A DNA stretch of 64,000 bases from Isurus oxyrinchus (taxonomy: Eukaryota), in NCBI GenBank assembly GCA_026770705.1, contig JANJGN010000009.1, forward strand, positions 163,246,001 to 163,310,000. Reading direction: 5' to 3'. Each line of letters starts with the position of its first letter. Within the stretch, counting starts at the first letter, position 1. This document shows positions 11,600-23,850 of the stretch, one piece after another. A program made the position numbers and the translations under genes. The notes under the pieces were generated by a model. That model was not told the DNA's origin. It saw only the letters and a program-made list of their open reading frames with translations, and ran no database searches.

Positions 11600-14500
11600 T
11601 TTTATATTGAACACCTCTATCAAATGGCCTCTCAAATTTCTTCTCTAAGGAGAACACCTCAGTTTCTCCAATCTGTTCAAGTCACTGAAGGCCCTCATCC
11701 CTGGCATCATCTTTGTTAATCTTCTCTGTATGCTCACTAAAACCTTCACACTCTCCCTAAAGAGCATGGCCAGAATTGGGCACAATGCTCGAGTTGAGGA
11801 CAAACAAGGCTCATCGTAAAAGGCTCATCATAATTGCCTTGCTTTTGTACTCTGTGCCTCTTTTTATAAAGCCCAGAGTCTAATAAGCCCTTTTAACCCC
11901 TTCCTTATCCTGCCCTGCCACCTTCAACAATTTGAAAAGACGAACACAAGAAATAGGAGGAGTAGCACAGTCTGCCCAGTCATTCAGCATTCAGTGCAAT
12001 CATGGCAGATCTGAGGCTTCAACCTCACTTTCCAGCCCTCTCCCTATATCCTTTGATTCCCTGAGAAACCAAAAATGTCCATCCCAGCCTTAAATATGTT
12101 CAACCCTGCACATTGTTTCAATTTAAACAATCTTCCAATGTCCTCTTTAATGCCTCGATTGAAGCTGCCTCCACCACACTTCCAGGCCGTGCATTCCAGA
12201 CCCAAACCACTCGCTGTGAGATAAAGTTTTTTTCTCAAATCACATTTGCTTCTTTTGTAAATCACTTTAATTCTGTGCCCACTTGCTTTCAAACCTTTTA
12301 CATGTGGGAGCAGTTTCTCCTTATCTATCTATCCAGGCCCCTCATGATCACCTCTTAGCCTTCTCCTCTCCAAGAAGAACAGTGCCAACCTCCCCAATCT
12401 ATCTTCATAAATGAAGTTTCTCATCCCTGGAACCATTTTTGTAAACCTCTCCTAAACTCTTGCCAATGTGTTCATATCCTTCCTATAGTGTGGCGCCCAG
12501 AACTGTACACACTACTCCAGCTGAGGTCTAACTAGTGTCTTATATAAGCTCAGCATAACATCCCTGCTCTTGTACTCTATGCCCCTATTTAATAGCCCCA
12601 GAGTAATGTATGCTTTATTAATGGCTCTCTCCACCTGTCCAGCCATCTTCAATGATCTATTCACATATACACCAAGGTCCCTTTGCCCCTGCACACCCTT
12701 AAGAATTGTACCTCTTACTTTCTATGGCCGCTCCATATTCTTCAATATCAAAGTGCATCACCTCACATTTCTCCATATTGCCCTTCATCTGCCAGCTGTC
12801 TGCCACTCCACGAACTTGCCTATGTTCTTTTGAAGTTCTACATTGTCCTCCTCACAGTTTACAATGCTTCCAAGTTTCATATCATTCACAAGATTTGAAA
12901 TTATCCCCTGTACACTAAGATATAGATCATTAATATATATCAGGAAAAGCAAGGGTCCCAATACCGACCCCTAGGGAATCACAGAATCATAGAATCACAG
13001 GGCAGAAGAGGCCCTTCGGCCCATCGAGTCTGCACCGACACGTGAGAAACACCTGACCTACCTACTGAGTCCCATTTACCAGCACCTGGTCCATAGTCTT
13101 GAATGTTATGACATGCCAAGTGCTCATCCAGGTACTTTTTAAAGGATGTGAGGCAACCCGCCTCCACCACCCTCCCAGGCAGCACATTCCAGACTGTCAC
13201 CACCCCTCTGGGTGAAAAAGTTTTTCCTTACATTCCTCCTAAATCTCCTACCCCTCACCTTGAACTTATGTCTCCTCATGACTGACCCTTCAACTAAGGG
13301 AAACAACTGCTCCCTATCCACCCTGTCTATGCCCCTCATAATCTTCTACACCTCGATCAGGTCACCCCTCGGTCTTCTCTGCTCCAATGAAAACAACCCA
13401 AGTCTATCCAACCTCTCTTCATAACTTAAATGTTTCATCTCAGGCAACATCCTGGTGAATCTCCTCTGCACCCCCTCCAGTGCAATCACATCCTTCCTAT
13501 AATGTGGCGACCAGAACTACACTCACTACTCCAGCTGTGGCCTCAAGGTTCTATACAACTCCAACATGACCTCCCTACTTTTGTAATCTATGCCTCAACT
13601 GATAAAGGCAAATGTCCCATTTGGCTTTTTCACCACCCCACTAACATGCCGTTCGGCCTTCTGAGGTCTATGGACACACAAGCCAAGGTCCCTTTGTTCC
13701 TCAGAACTTCCTAGTGTCATGCCCCATTCATTGAATACTTGCTGGTCAAATTACTCGACTTGACTACAAACCTTCCTTCAGATCGAAAAATGTCCATTGA
13801 CCATTACTGTCATTCCTATTACTCAGCCAATTTTATATCCATGTTACTACTGTCCCTTTTATTCCATGAACTGTAACTTTTCTCATAAGTCTGTTGTTTG
13901 GCACTGTATCGAAAGTCTTTTGAAAGTCTCTTTGCGCCACAACATTATGCTCACAATCCTCTCTGTTACTTCTTCAAAAAACTCCAGCAAGCTGGTTAAA
14001 CATGATTGCCCTTTTAGAAATCCATACTGGCTCTTTCTAATCAACCCACATTTTTCCATGTGTCTCCTAATTCTATCCCGAATAATTGTCTCTAGAAGCT
14101 TCCCCACCACTGAAGTTAAACTGACTTGTCTGTAATTGCTGGGGTTATCCTTACAACAATTCTCAAACAAGGGTGTAATGTTTGCAATTCTCCAGTCCTC
14201 TGGCACCTTCCCTGAGTCAAGGGAAGACTGAAAGTTTATGGCCAGTGACCCCGCAATTTCTAGCCTTACTACTTTCTATATCAATGGACTCATCTCATCC
14301 GGACCCAGTGCCTTGTCAACTTTAAATACCGGTTGTTTATCCAGCATTTCCTCCTTATCAATTCTGAACTGTTCTAGTGACAGAGGTTCCTCCTTTGTCA
14401 CCATGCCTTGGTAGCATCTACCTGCTTGGTGGAAACAGATGCAAAGTTTTCATTTAATAGCTCAGCCATGCCCCCTGCCTTCATGTGTAAATCCCTTTTA

Positions 14501-15400
14501 TGCTTCCTAATTGGCCCTCCTCCTCCTTTTACCACCTTCTTACTATTTGTATGCCAATAAAGGACTATGGGATTGATTTTTGTGTTGGTCTTTTCTCATA
14601 ATCCCTCTTTGCACCTCCTATTTGCTTTTTCACCTCCCCTCTGAAACTGCTGTATTCCGTTTGGTTCTTAATTGTGTTTTCTACCTGACACCTGTCATAC
14701 ACGCACTTTTTCTTCTTTATCTTAATTCCTGACTCTTTTTTCATCCAGGGAGTACTGGATTTGTTTACCCTACCTTTCCTTTTTGAGGGAATATACCTTG
14801 ACTGTACACATACCATTTGTTCTTTGAAGGTAGCTCATTGTCCAGCTACAGCTTTTCCTGTCAATATTTGGTTCCAGCCTATCCGGCCCAGTTCCATTCT
14901 TGCCCCATTGAAGTCGGCTCTCCCCCAGTTAATTATTCTTATTGTGGATTGCACATTGTCTCTTTCTACTGCCACCCAAAACCTTAAGATGTAATGATCA
15001 TTGCCTCCTAAATGCTTCCCGACTGACACTTGATCAACTTGACCCACCTCATTTCCAAGCTCAAGGTCCAACAGTACACATTTTCTTGTTGGGCTGGATA
15101 CACACTGCTGTAGAAAATTCTCCTGAACACAATCTACGAACTCTTGCCCCTCTCTGCCCTTTACACTACCACTGTCCCAGTCTACATTTGGGTGATTGCA
15201 GTCACTCGTTACAACTACTCTGTAATGTCTGCATCTCTCTGTAATTTCCCTGCAGATTTGTTCCTCGACATCCTTCCCGCTAGTGGGCGGTCTCTAGACT
15301 ACACCGGACAACGCAATTGCACCCTTATTGTTCTTTCGCTCTAGTCAAATTGATTCTGTCCTTGAACCCTCTTGGACATCCTATTTCTCCAGTGCTGCAA
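11600..15400 (-). mobile_element. Nested CR1 LINE fragments (endonuclease and RT), with a younger CR1 3' end at about 12977-13760
   Basis: Minus-strand MPEDWRIANITPLF...YRQVSLTSVVGK, LYKTLVRPQLE, LELGNEVGQVDQVSVGKHLGGNDH; ATTCTATG-type 3' repeats. Confidence 0.88.
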
Positions 15401-15857
15401 TACTCTCCTTAACCAATGCTGCTGCCCATCCTCCTTTCTTTCCTTTCCTATCTTTTCTGGCAACTTGAAAATGTCCCATTTATGCCTTCCCTCTGCTTCC
15501 TCTTCATTATTCAGTCCTCTCTCCATGCTAATTTGTCACCTTTAACTCCATGACTCCATACCTTGTGTAATAAACATTTCTATGGCACTTTAGAGGATAC
15601 CTTTTGAAAATCCAGGTATATTACATCTATTGGTTTCCATTTATCTACCCTCCTAGTTACATCTTCCAAAGCACTAATACATTTCTTAAACAGGATTACA
15701 ATTTTGAATAATCATGTTGAATACTTCTAATCATACTATGTTTTCCTGAATGAACTGTCAAGACTTCCTTAATTATAGATTCCAGCACATTCCCAACAAT
15801 TAATGTCAGATTAACTGGGTTGGAGTTCCTTTTCTTTCTCCCTCCTTTCTTGAATAC

Positions 15858-16345
15858 AGAAACATAGAAACTAGGAGCAGGAGTAGGCCATTCAGCCCTT
15901 CAAGTTGCTCCGCCATTCATTATGATGATGGCTGGTCATCCAACTCAATAGCCTGCTCCCGCTTGCTCCCCATACCCTTTGATACCTTTTGCCCCAAGAG
16001 CTATATCTATCTCCTTCTTGAAAACATACAATGTTTTGGTCTCAAATACTTTCTGTGGTCATGAATTCCACGGGCTCACCACTCTCTGGGTGAAGAAATT
16101 TCTCCTAATCTGTACTAAACAGTCTACTCCATATCCCCAGACTGTGACGCCTGGTTCTGGACTCCCCCACTATCAGGAACATCCTTCCTGCATCTAACCT
16201 GTCTAGTCCTGTTAGAATTTTATAGGTTTCTATGAGATCACCCCTCATTCTTCTGAACCCCAGCGAATATAATCCTAACCAACATAATCTCTCCTCATAT
16301 GTCAGTCCTACCATCCCAGGAATCAGTTGGGTAAACCTTCACTGC
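15858..16345 (-). mobile_element. HER1/CR1 LINE 3' end
   Basis: agaaacatagaaactaggagcaggagtaggccattcagccc tail; minus-strand YEERL..LGLYSL..RRMRGDLIETYKIL. Confidence 0.8.
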
Positions 16346-16349
16346 ATAT

Positions 16350-16770
16350 AAACGCCTCGGAATCTCTGTTCCTGTAAACCCTTCAGAATTGTACCATTTG
16401 GCTGCTGTAGCCTCCACTCCTTCTTCATACCAAAATGTATCACTTTGCACTTCTCTGAATTAAATTGCGTTAGCCACATGTCCCCCATTCCAACAGCCTG
16501 TCTTTGGCCTCTTGAACTCTATCATTATCCTCCTCACAGTTCACAACATTTCTAATTTTTGTAGCATCTGCAAATTTTGAAATAATGCCATGTACACACA
16601 TGTTCAAGTCTTCAATATATATCAAGAAAAGGAGTTTCTTAGTATTGCCCCCTGGGGAACACCACAACTTGCCTTCATCCAATCCAAAAGACCACTTTTC
16701 ATCGCTGCTGTTTTCTATCACTTAGTCAATTTCATATCCATGTTGCTACTTCCTCCTTTATTACATCGTC
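16350..16770 (-). mobile_element. CR1 RT fragment
   Basis: Minus-strand LFLIYIEDL...ISKFADATKI. Confidence 0.7.
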
Positions 16771-17495
16771 CCAGCAAAGTGTGAGTATCTGAGCTGGTGC
16801 ACGGTCTGACTGAGGCCAATGACACTGCTCCCTCAGAGGAAGAGACGTCTTCAGCAGATTCATTTCCCTCAATCACTTCCTGCAGGGTACTTGAAGACTG
16901 GAAATTTAGAGAGTTAGAACTGTTGAGGCAAAACCTTTCTAAGTGATCATTATGCAAATGGTGATATTTCACTCGCTGCTGACATCAAATCAATATGAGT
17001 GTGACCAGCAAGAGGATCATTGAGTCCAGTTCCTGGATTCAGTACCACGACATCTCAAAAAGTGATTCAGGCTAATCCCACCATCCAGTTTTTGATCCAT
17101 AGCTATGTAGGTTACAGCATCTCAAGTGTAGATCCATTTTATTTACTATGTTCACGGTTTCTGCTTCCATCACCCTCTCAGATAGTGTGTTCCAGAGCTT
17201 CCACACCCTCTGGGTGAAACAAAAAATCTCCACAAATCTCCTCTAATCCTTCCATCAATTAATGTAAATCCATGGCTCCTGGCTCAGGATCTTATCTTGA
17301 GTCCTGATGTTCTGATATAATGGTAGACATGGTAGTTCAGACTGCGAGGAGGATGGAGAGATATGGAGAGGTAGATGTGTTGCTGAGATTTCAACATGAT
17401 TGACCCTGGATGAAATGTTGATGGGCTGAAATTTGTAGAATAATTGATTTTTTGATTTTTTAGTCACTATCTGAATATTTGTTTCTTTCCCACAG

Positions 17496-17819
17496 AATCT
17501 GTGTCTGTTCCTGTGTTTAGATTTTCATCACCAACAAATGTCCCATGTTTTGAGAGCTCAGTGTCCGTTTCCTGTGAGTCTGTCCAGGGATCCCTTCCCA
17601 TTCAGTACACATGGTATGAAAAGACCCCGTTTCAAGACTCAAAGATCTCTGACACCAATAAACTGGATCTACATTGTCAATCCTTCAAACAGCAACATCA
17701 TCAATATTACTGCACAGCCTCGAATAATCAGGGAGAAAAATCCAGTGAAATGGTTAATGTGTCAGTGATCAACAGATCAGGGCAGAACTGCGCGTATGTG
17801 ACAAAGATCAACAGAATTG
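17496..17819 (+). CDS. Receptor exon 3, Ig C2-type domain 1
   Basis: Acceptor tttctttcccacag; VSVSCESVQGSLPIQYTWY...QYYCTASNNQG; phase-1 donor G|gtgaat. Confidence 0.92.
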
Positions 17820-17959
17820 GTGAATATTACTTTTGGCTTAAATAATTGTAATTTTTGAAAACAATTAATGTCTATCTGAATTGGTCACTGGCTAAGTTCT
17901 GCCAGTTTTCTGCCCTCTAAGCGATTGAAACAAAAATAGAATTGTGTTTATTTTGTGTT

Positions 17960-18395
17960 ATTCACAACTTCATGACACCCTAAAGTGCTTTATAGTCAAT
18001 TCTGTATCTGAATTGTAGCCACTGTTGTGATGTAGGAAGCTCAGCATCAACTCGGGCACAATAAGCTTCCTCAAACAGCGATGTAATCATGACCAGACAA
18101 TCTGCTTTCTGTCAATTGTTTTTTGAGGGATAAACTTTCACCAGGACTGGGGAACATTCCTCTGATCCTCATTGGAATACTGCCATGCAAACTTTAACAC
18201 CCACCTGAGAGGGCAGAAGGTCTCAGTTTAATGTCACATCTGAAAGATAGCACATCCAACAGTGCAGCAATCCCACGGTCCTACAGTTCTGCATGCCAGC
18301 CAGTGTTACATGCTCATGTCTCTGGAGTGAGACTTGAAACCCAGAATCTACTGACTCAGAGACAATATACTAATAAGGAACCATGACTGACACCA
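17960..18395 (-). mobile_element. Deu-domain SINE
   Basis: Similar to 2478-2910 (ctaaagtgctttatagtcaat..., cccacctgagagggcaga, tRNA-like head at the right end). Confidence 0.65.
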
Positions 18396-18608
18396 TAACA
18401 ATATGGAATAAACTTGAAAATTAAATTATTGGCATATCCCTTGCTGTAATAAGGCTGTATTTTAATGTTTTCTAACTTCTCAAAATATAATGATTTCAAC
18501 TGGTTGGTAGATGTAGTGGATTTCTCTGTATACACTGGTAACCCTTATTAAAATGCATCTGTATTAAGCAATTATTTTCTGTCAACTTCTGAAATGTTGT
18601 CTTTTCAG

Positions 18609-18917
18609 ATCCAAATGTATTGTGGACAAGAAGGAAGGTAACAGGAGTTTTGGGAAGAGCGATCACTATAGATTGTCACTATGACAAATTGTACCAGTCA
18701 GATGTGAAATATTGGAGTCGCCGGTGCGCAGTTTTAGTGAAATCAAATGATCAGCATGGACAGCGAGGGAGAATATCAATCACAGATAACAAGACACAAG
18801 GAATATTTGTTGTTACTATGGAGGATCTTCAACCAGGAGATGCAGGATGGTACAGCTGTGGTGTTGAACAATCTGGTCCCGGTTCAATGTTCCTTGTAGA
18901 GCTTCAAATAACTAATG
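18609..18917 (+). CDS. Receptor exon 4, Ig V domain 2
   Basis: Acceptor cttttcag; GRAITIDCHY...KYWSRRC...EDLQPGDAGWYSCG; phase-1 donor G|gtacat. Confidence 0.92.
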
Positions 18918-19113
18918 GTACATTTCTCAGTGATTTTATTTATTACTCTGAAATGTCTGATCAATGTTTAATCTGAGAGGAAACATGACAGCTCCGATAC
19001 CCGGAGGCTCCTCAGCATTGCAGAGTCTTGCGGGTACAGGCCAGTTATCTCAATGATCATAAAAAAATTTCAACAATTTCCAGTTCCCTGGCTCCAACTG
19101 CTTCCTCTTCACC

Positions 19114-20478
19114 ATGGACGTCCAATCCCTCTACACCTCCATCCCCCACCACGATGGTCTGAGGGCCCTTAGCTTCTTCCTCGAACAGAGGCCCGAACGA
19201 TCCCCATCCACCACTACTCTCCTCCGTCTGGCTGAACTTGTTCTCACGTTGAACAATTTCTCCTTCAACTCCTCTCACTTCCTCCAAATAAAAGGTGTGG
19301 CTATGGGTACCCGCATGGGCCCCAGCTATGCCTGTCTCTTTATGGGATATGTGGAACATTCCTTGTTGCAGTCCTACTCCGGCCCCCTTCCTCAACTTTT
19401 TCTCCGGTACATCGATGATTACTTCGGTGCCGCTTCATGCTCTCGTCGGGACTTGGAAAAATTTATTAATTTTGCTTCCAATCTCCACCCCTCCATCATT
19501 TTCACGTGGTCCATCTCTGACACTTCCCTTCCCTTCCTTGACCTCTCTGTCTCAATCTCTGGTGATAGACTGTCCACCAATATCCATTACAAACCCACTG
19601 ACTCCCACAGCTACCTCGACTACAGCTCCTCACACCCCGCTTCCTGTAAGGACTCCATCCCATTCTCCCAGTTCCTTCGCCTTCGTCGCATCTGTTCCGA
19701 TGATGCTACCTTCAAAAACAATTCCTCTGACATGTCCTCCTTCTTCCTTAACCGAGGTTTTCCACCCACGGTCGTTGACAGGGCCCTCAACCGTGTCCGG
19801 CCCATCTCCCGCGCATCCGCCCTCACGCCTTCTCCTCCCTCCCAGAAACATGATAGGGTCCCCCTTGTCCTCACTTATCACCCCACCAGCCTCCGCATTC
19901 AAAGGATCATCCTCCACCATTTCCGCCAACTCCAGCATGATGCCACCACCAAACATATCTTCCCTTCACCCCCCTTATCGGCATTCCGTAGGGATCGCTC
20001 CCTCCGGGACACCCTGGTCCACTCCTCCATCACCCCCTACTCCTCAACCCCCTCCTATGGCACCACCCCATGCCCACGCAAAAGATGTAACACCTGCCCC
20101 TTCACTTCCTCTCTCCTCACCGTCCAAGGGCCCAAACATTCCTTTCAAGTGAAGCAGCATTTCACTTGCATTTCCCCCAACTTAGTCTACTGCATTCGTT
20201 GCTCCCAATGTGGTCTCCTCTACGTTGGAGAGACCAAACGTAAACTGGGCGACCGCTTTGCAGAACACCTGCGGTCTGTCCGCAAGAATGACCCAAACCT
20301 CCCTGTCGCTTGCCATTTTAACACTCCACCCTGCTCTCTTGCCCACATGTCTGTCCTTGGCTTGCTGCATTGTTCCAGTGAAGCCCAACGCAAACTGGAG
20401 GAACAACACCTCATCTTCCGACTAGGCACCTTACAGCCTTCCGGTCTGAATATTGAATTCAACAACTTTAGGTCGTGA
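19114..20478 (+). CDS. PLE polyprotein C-terminal part: reverse transcriptase, Cys linker and GIY-YIG endonuclease
   Basis: DVQSLYT, GVAMGTRMGPSYA, RYIDD; linker CPRKRCNTC; LVYCIRCSQCGLLYVGETKR...RFAEH...EQHLI...GLN. Confidence 0.93.
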   Translation: MDVQSLYTSIPHHDGLRALSFFLEQRPERSPSTTTLLRLAELVLTLNNFSFNSSHFLQIKGVAMGTRMGPSYACLFMGYVEHSLLQSYSGPLPQLFLRYIDDYFGAASCSRRDLEKFINFASNLHPSIIFTWSISDTSLPFLDLSVSISGDRLSTNIHYKPTDSHSYLDYSSSHPASCKDSIPFSQFLRLRRICSDDATFKNNSSDMSSFFLNRGFPPTVVDRALNRVRPISRASALTPSPPSQKHDRVPLVLTYHPTSLRIQRIILHHFRQLQHDATTKHIFPSPPLSAFRRDRSLRDTLVHSSITPYSSTPSYGTTPCPRKRCNTCPFTSSLLTVQGPKHSFQVKQHFTCISPNLVYCIRCSQCGLLYVGETKRKLGDRFAEHLRSVRKNDPNLPVACHFNTPPCSLAHMSVLGLLHCSSEAQRKLEEQHLIFRLGTLQPSGLNIEFNNFRS

Positions 20479-20870
20479 GCTCCCTCCCCCATCCCCACCC
20501 CCTTTCTGTTTCCCCCTTTTTCCCCTTTTTTTTTCCCTATAAATTATATAGATTTTTCTTTTCCCACCTATTTCCATTATTTTTAAATATTTTAAAATCT
20601 TTTATGCTCCCCCCACCCCCACTAGAGCTGTACCTTGAGGGCCCTACCATGTATTCTTAATTAGCACATTCGTTTAGATAATATCACCAACTTTAACTTT
20701 AACACCTATGTGTTCTTTTGTACCATTGTCACTGACATCTTTTGATGATCTGCTTCTATCACTGCTTGTTTGTCTACACAACCCACCTCTCTCTCTCTCT
20801 ATCTCTCCGCCCCCCCACACACACACCTTAAACCAGCTTATATTTCAACTCTTTCTTGGACTCGAAATCA

Positions 20871-20909
20871 AGTTCTGTCGAAGGGTCATGAGGACTCGAA
20901 ACGTCAACT
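20871..20909 (+). ncRNA. Minimal hammerhead motif (variant core CUGUCGA, GUC site)
   Basis: AGTT-CTGTCGA-A-GGGTC atgag GACTC-GAAACGTC-AACT. Confidence 0.72.
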
Positions 20910-22601
20910 CTTTTCTTCTCCACCGATGCTGCCAGACCTGCTGAGTTTTTCCAGGTAATTCTGTTTTTGATCTCAATGATCATGTTAGAGGAATAAATTC
21001 AGAGACCAAGACTAATGATCCTGAGACATGGGGCAGAATTTTACAGCGGTGGGATTTTTCGTTTCTGCTTAAAACAATGTAGTATAGAATGGCTGGCCGT
21101 GTTTTACAGGCCCCTCCCTATTGTGACCAGCCATGGGGTCAGATTTATCACTCCTTGGACTCCCCTCCCCCTGGCTAAAAAGTTGAAAGAGACCCTGCCT
21201 ATGTTCCCGAAGACAGCCCCACAGCTATTTAATGCCATGTGCAGCATAATGTGTTTGGAGGAGTGACTTTCGTCTCTCTTTTGGGAGGAAGTCGCACCTT
21301 TGAGAGCTGAAGACAATTGCATGGACCCACAGAAATGTGGTTAACACTTAGCCGCTCTCTGAAATGGCCTAGCAAGCCAATCAATTGCAAACAGCTACAG
21401 GAAAGGTTAATAAGAATAGAACTGCACAGATGACCTGCCATTGACCTAGCACCAGACCTAACAGATTCACATCCAACCCTGTTCACCCTGCCATGTCCTC
21501 CTCACTGGGATCCGAGGGCTTGTGACAAAATTAGGAGGGCTGTTTCCACTGACTAGTCAAGCATTAGCCTGACATATTTAGACTCACATAATCATACCTT
21601 TCAGCCAATTGCATGTGTGTTTTTTAATTGAGTTGAAGCAGGCCCTCTGTTGCCATCAGAGAGGAATTGCCTCCTGAATGGCAGCTCTCTTGTCTCCGCA
21701 GTGCCACCCAGAGCTGTGGCCACTGCTGGCACTACAGCGAGTCCCCTTAAGAAGAGGACCCATAAGCCCAGATCAAGGTGTGTCTCGGGTCCAGCTGGGA
21801 CCAGGTTGGCATGCCCCGGTGAGAGGAATGGGGGTCCAGAGTGGACAGGACAGGAGGGAAAGGAATTGCGTTGGGTGAAAGGGTCTCTGCTGGACACAGG
21901 CTCCCCAAACACAAGGCACCCACTCCATCTCTTTTACTGGGGCACTTGGTCACTTGGCGTTGACCTCTCTCGCCATGGGAAATGCCTCAGTAGCTGCAGG
22001 AGGAGCCTTATGCGTGGTAATTAATTAGATGGTATACAGAATGTCATATACTACCTCAGCTATGATCTCTGCCTCCTTGTATAGTCCAATTTTTTTTGTT
22101 GCTAATAGGGCTCACACCTCCTTCTACTGTCTTTTTACTGTTTATTGGCCTGTAGAAGACTCTTATGTCAACTGCCAGTCTCTGCTCATACTCTCTCTTT
22201 GCTTCTTTCATTTCTTTTATCATTCCCACTCTGAACTTCCTGTATTCAGCCTGGTTCTCACCTGTATTGTCCTGACATCTGCCATATGCACCTTTCTTCT
22301 TGTTCATCTTACTCTAACTCTTTTGTTACCTTGGGAACTATGGTTTTGATTGTCCTCCCTTTCCACCTCATGGGGATGTAACTTGAATGTACCCAAACTA
22401 AATCCTCTTGAAGGCAGCCTTTTGTCCATGCAGTTTTACCTGCCAATGTTTGTTTTCAGTCTACCTGTGCCACACTCATTCCCACGCCATTGAAATTGGC
22501 ACCCCCTCTATTTATTATTTTTTCCTTGGATTGCTCCTTGCTCTTTTCCATGTCTATCCTAAACATTATGGTATTATGATCACTGTTCCCCAACTGACAT
22601 T

Positions 22602-23850
22602 TGTTATGACCGGTGCCCGGCAAGTTCCCCCAATTTGTTATGATCCCAGATGAGGTATCCCAAATTGCTATGCTCCAGGGTGAGAAGGGATGAACTGGCT
22701 CCCTTTCCTTATTCAACTCCTTAGTTTGGTCACCACAAGGTTAATTCACAAAGTGTCCCTTGCCTCATCGATATCTTTTCCCAGTCTCAATATGTTTATA
22801 TTCTAAAAGGAGCTAATTTAACCAGGCTTCCTTGAGTCAAAGAAAGAGTGAGTTTATTAGTTACTGAAATGCAAGATGAAAATAATAAAACCGCTGCACA
22901 CATATAGACAGATTAGAATAGAGAAATTGTGTCCAAAAATAAAAGTTAGAAAGATATACAAATCAGTCCTTTGGCTTGTCCGTGAGGAGTAGATGGTGAA
23001 ACGTTGCGGCCGTTAAGCTGGATGATTCCGGTAGCGCTGACTTTGGTAGTTGAGCAGGTGGTTTGGAGATTCTTGGTTCTGCAAATTAGCTGAAAGGAGT
23101 TGTCCTGTTTCCTGTTTGACTCTGGCTTTGCTGACTTGTGACTTGCTTCTAGCAATCAGAGAAAAGGCTTTACCTGTAAGCTGGTAGGATGCCCCAGCTG
23201 GGTTCTTCAGCTATGACCTTCACAGCACTCGCACACCAGAAGAGAACACCAGGCTAGCACCCACAACTAGGGCTGTAGGTGGCTTTTAACCCCTTTTCCT
23301 GTGTATTCCTGGAGGGAAAAAACAAACATGTTTTCTGCCCAGAAACTGCTCTTCTTTGAACTCACATCATGTCCACAATCTGAGATATAACTCACAGGAG
23401 GTGGTCTTGCATGAGATGGTAATCATTGTTCCATTATCTCCGCAACCACAGGAGGTCACAGTTTGCATTGTCTCTATTTCTTTGAAGTGCCTCTGTCTGA
23501 AGTGGGCCATGTCACACCTTTAGTTGTGACATTCTGTTCTTTCCGAACTAGTTGGTCAAGTAACCACATAGGAATTTTCCAGCAAATGGTTACCTCAGTC
23601 TCAGTCAGCTTTTGCTTGTATTTCCTTTTTTCAAAAACAAGTTTTACTTAAAAGTTCAATATGTCCATAAGTAATTCAGGGCTATGACCCGAATTGAAAA
23701 CAAAGAAAACTGCGGATGCTGGAAATCCAAAACAAAAACAGAATTACCTGGAGAAACTCAGCAGGTCTGGCAGCATCGGCGGAGAAGAAAAGAGTTGACG
23801 TTTCGAGTCCTCATGACCCTTCGACAGAACTTGACCCACTGGTCATGACA
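22602..23850. mobile_element. Solo LTR (Gypsy-like) containing a nested PLE fragment
   Basis: TGTTATGACC...GGTCATGACA inverted termini; 4-bp TSD CATT (22598-22601, 23851-23854). Confidence 0.75.
23697..23833 (-). mobile_element. Short PLE 3' end with hammerhead motif at 23793-23831
   Basis: Reverse complement of the PLE 3' terminus; no clear TSD. Confidence 0.85.

Larger units (their letters stand above)
19061..20969 (+). mobile_element. Penelope-like retroelement (Neptune-type), 5'-truncated, recent insertion
   Basis: 14-bp TSD atctcaatgatcat (19047-19060, 20970-20983); uninterrupted ORF; 3' region with hammerhead motif. Confidence 0.95.

Noticed and set aside
8726-18976. Rearranging Ig/TCR V segments
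   Set aside because: The V exons include the G strand and end at splice donors, no heptamer-nonamer RSS follows them, and they carry the CD300/pIgR signature.
20922-20960. Second hammerhead at gacCTGCTGAgtttttcc in the PLE tail
   Set aside because: No downstream stem II or GAAA that I could pair; it may be a separate conserved hairpin.
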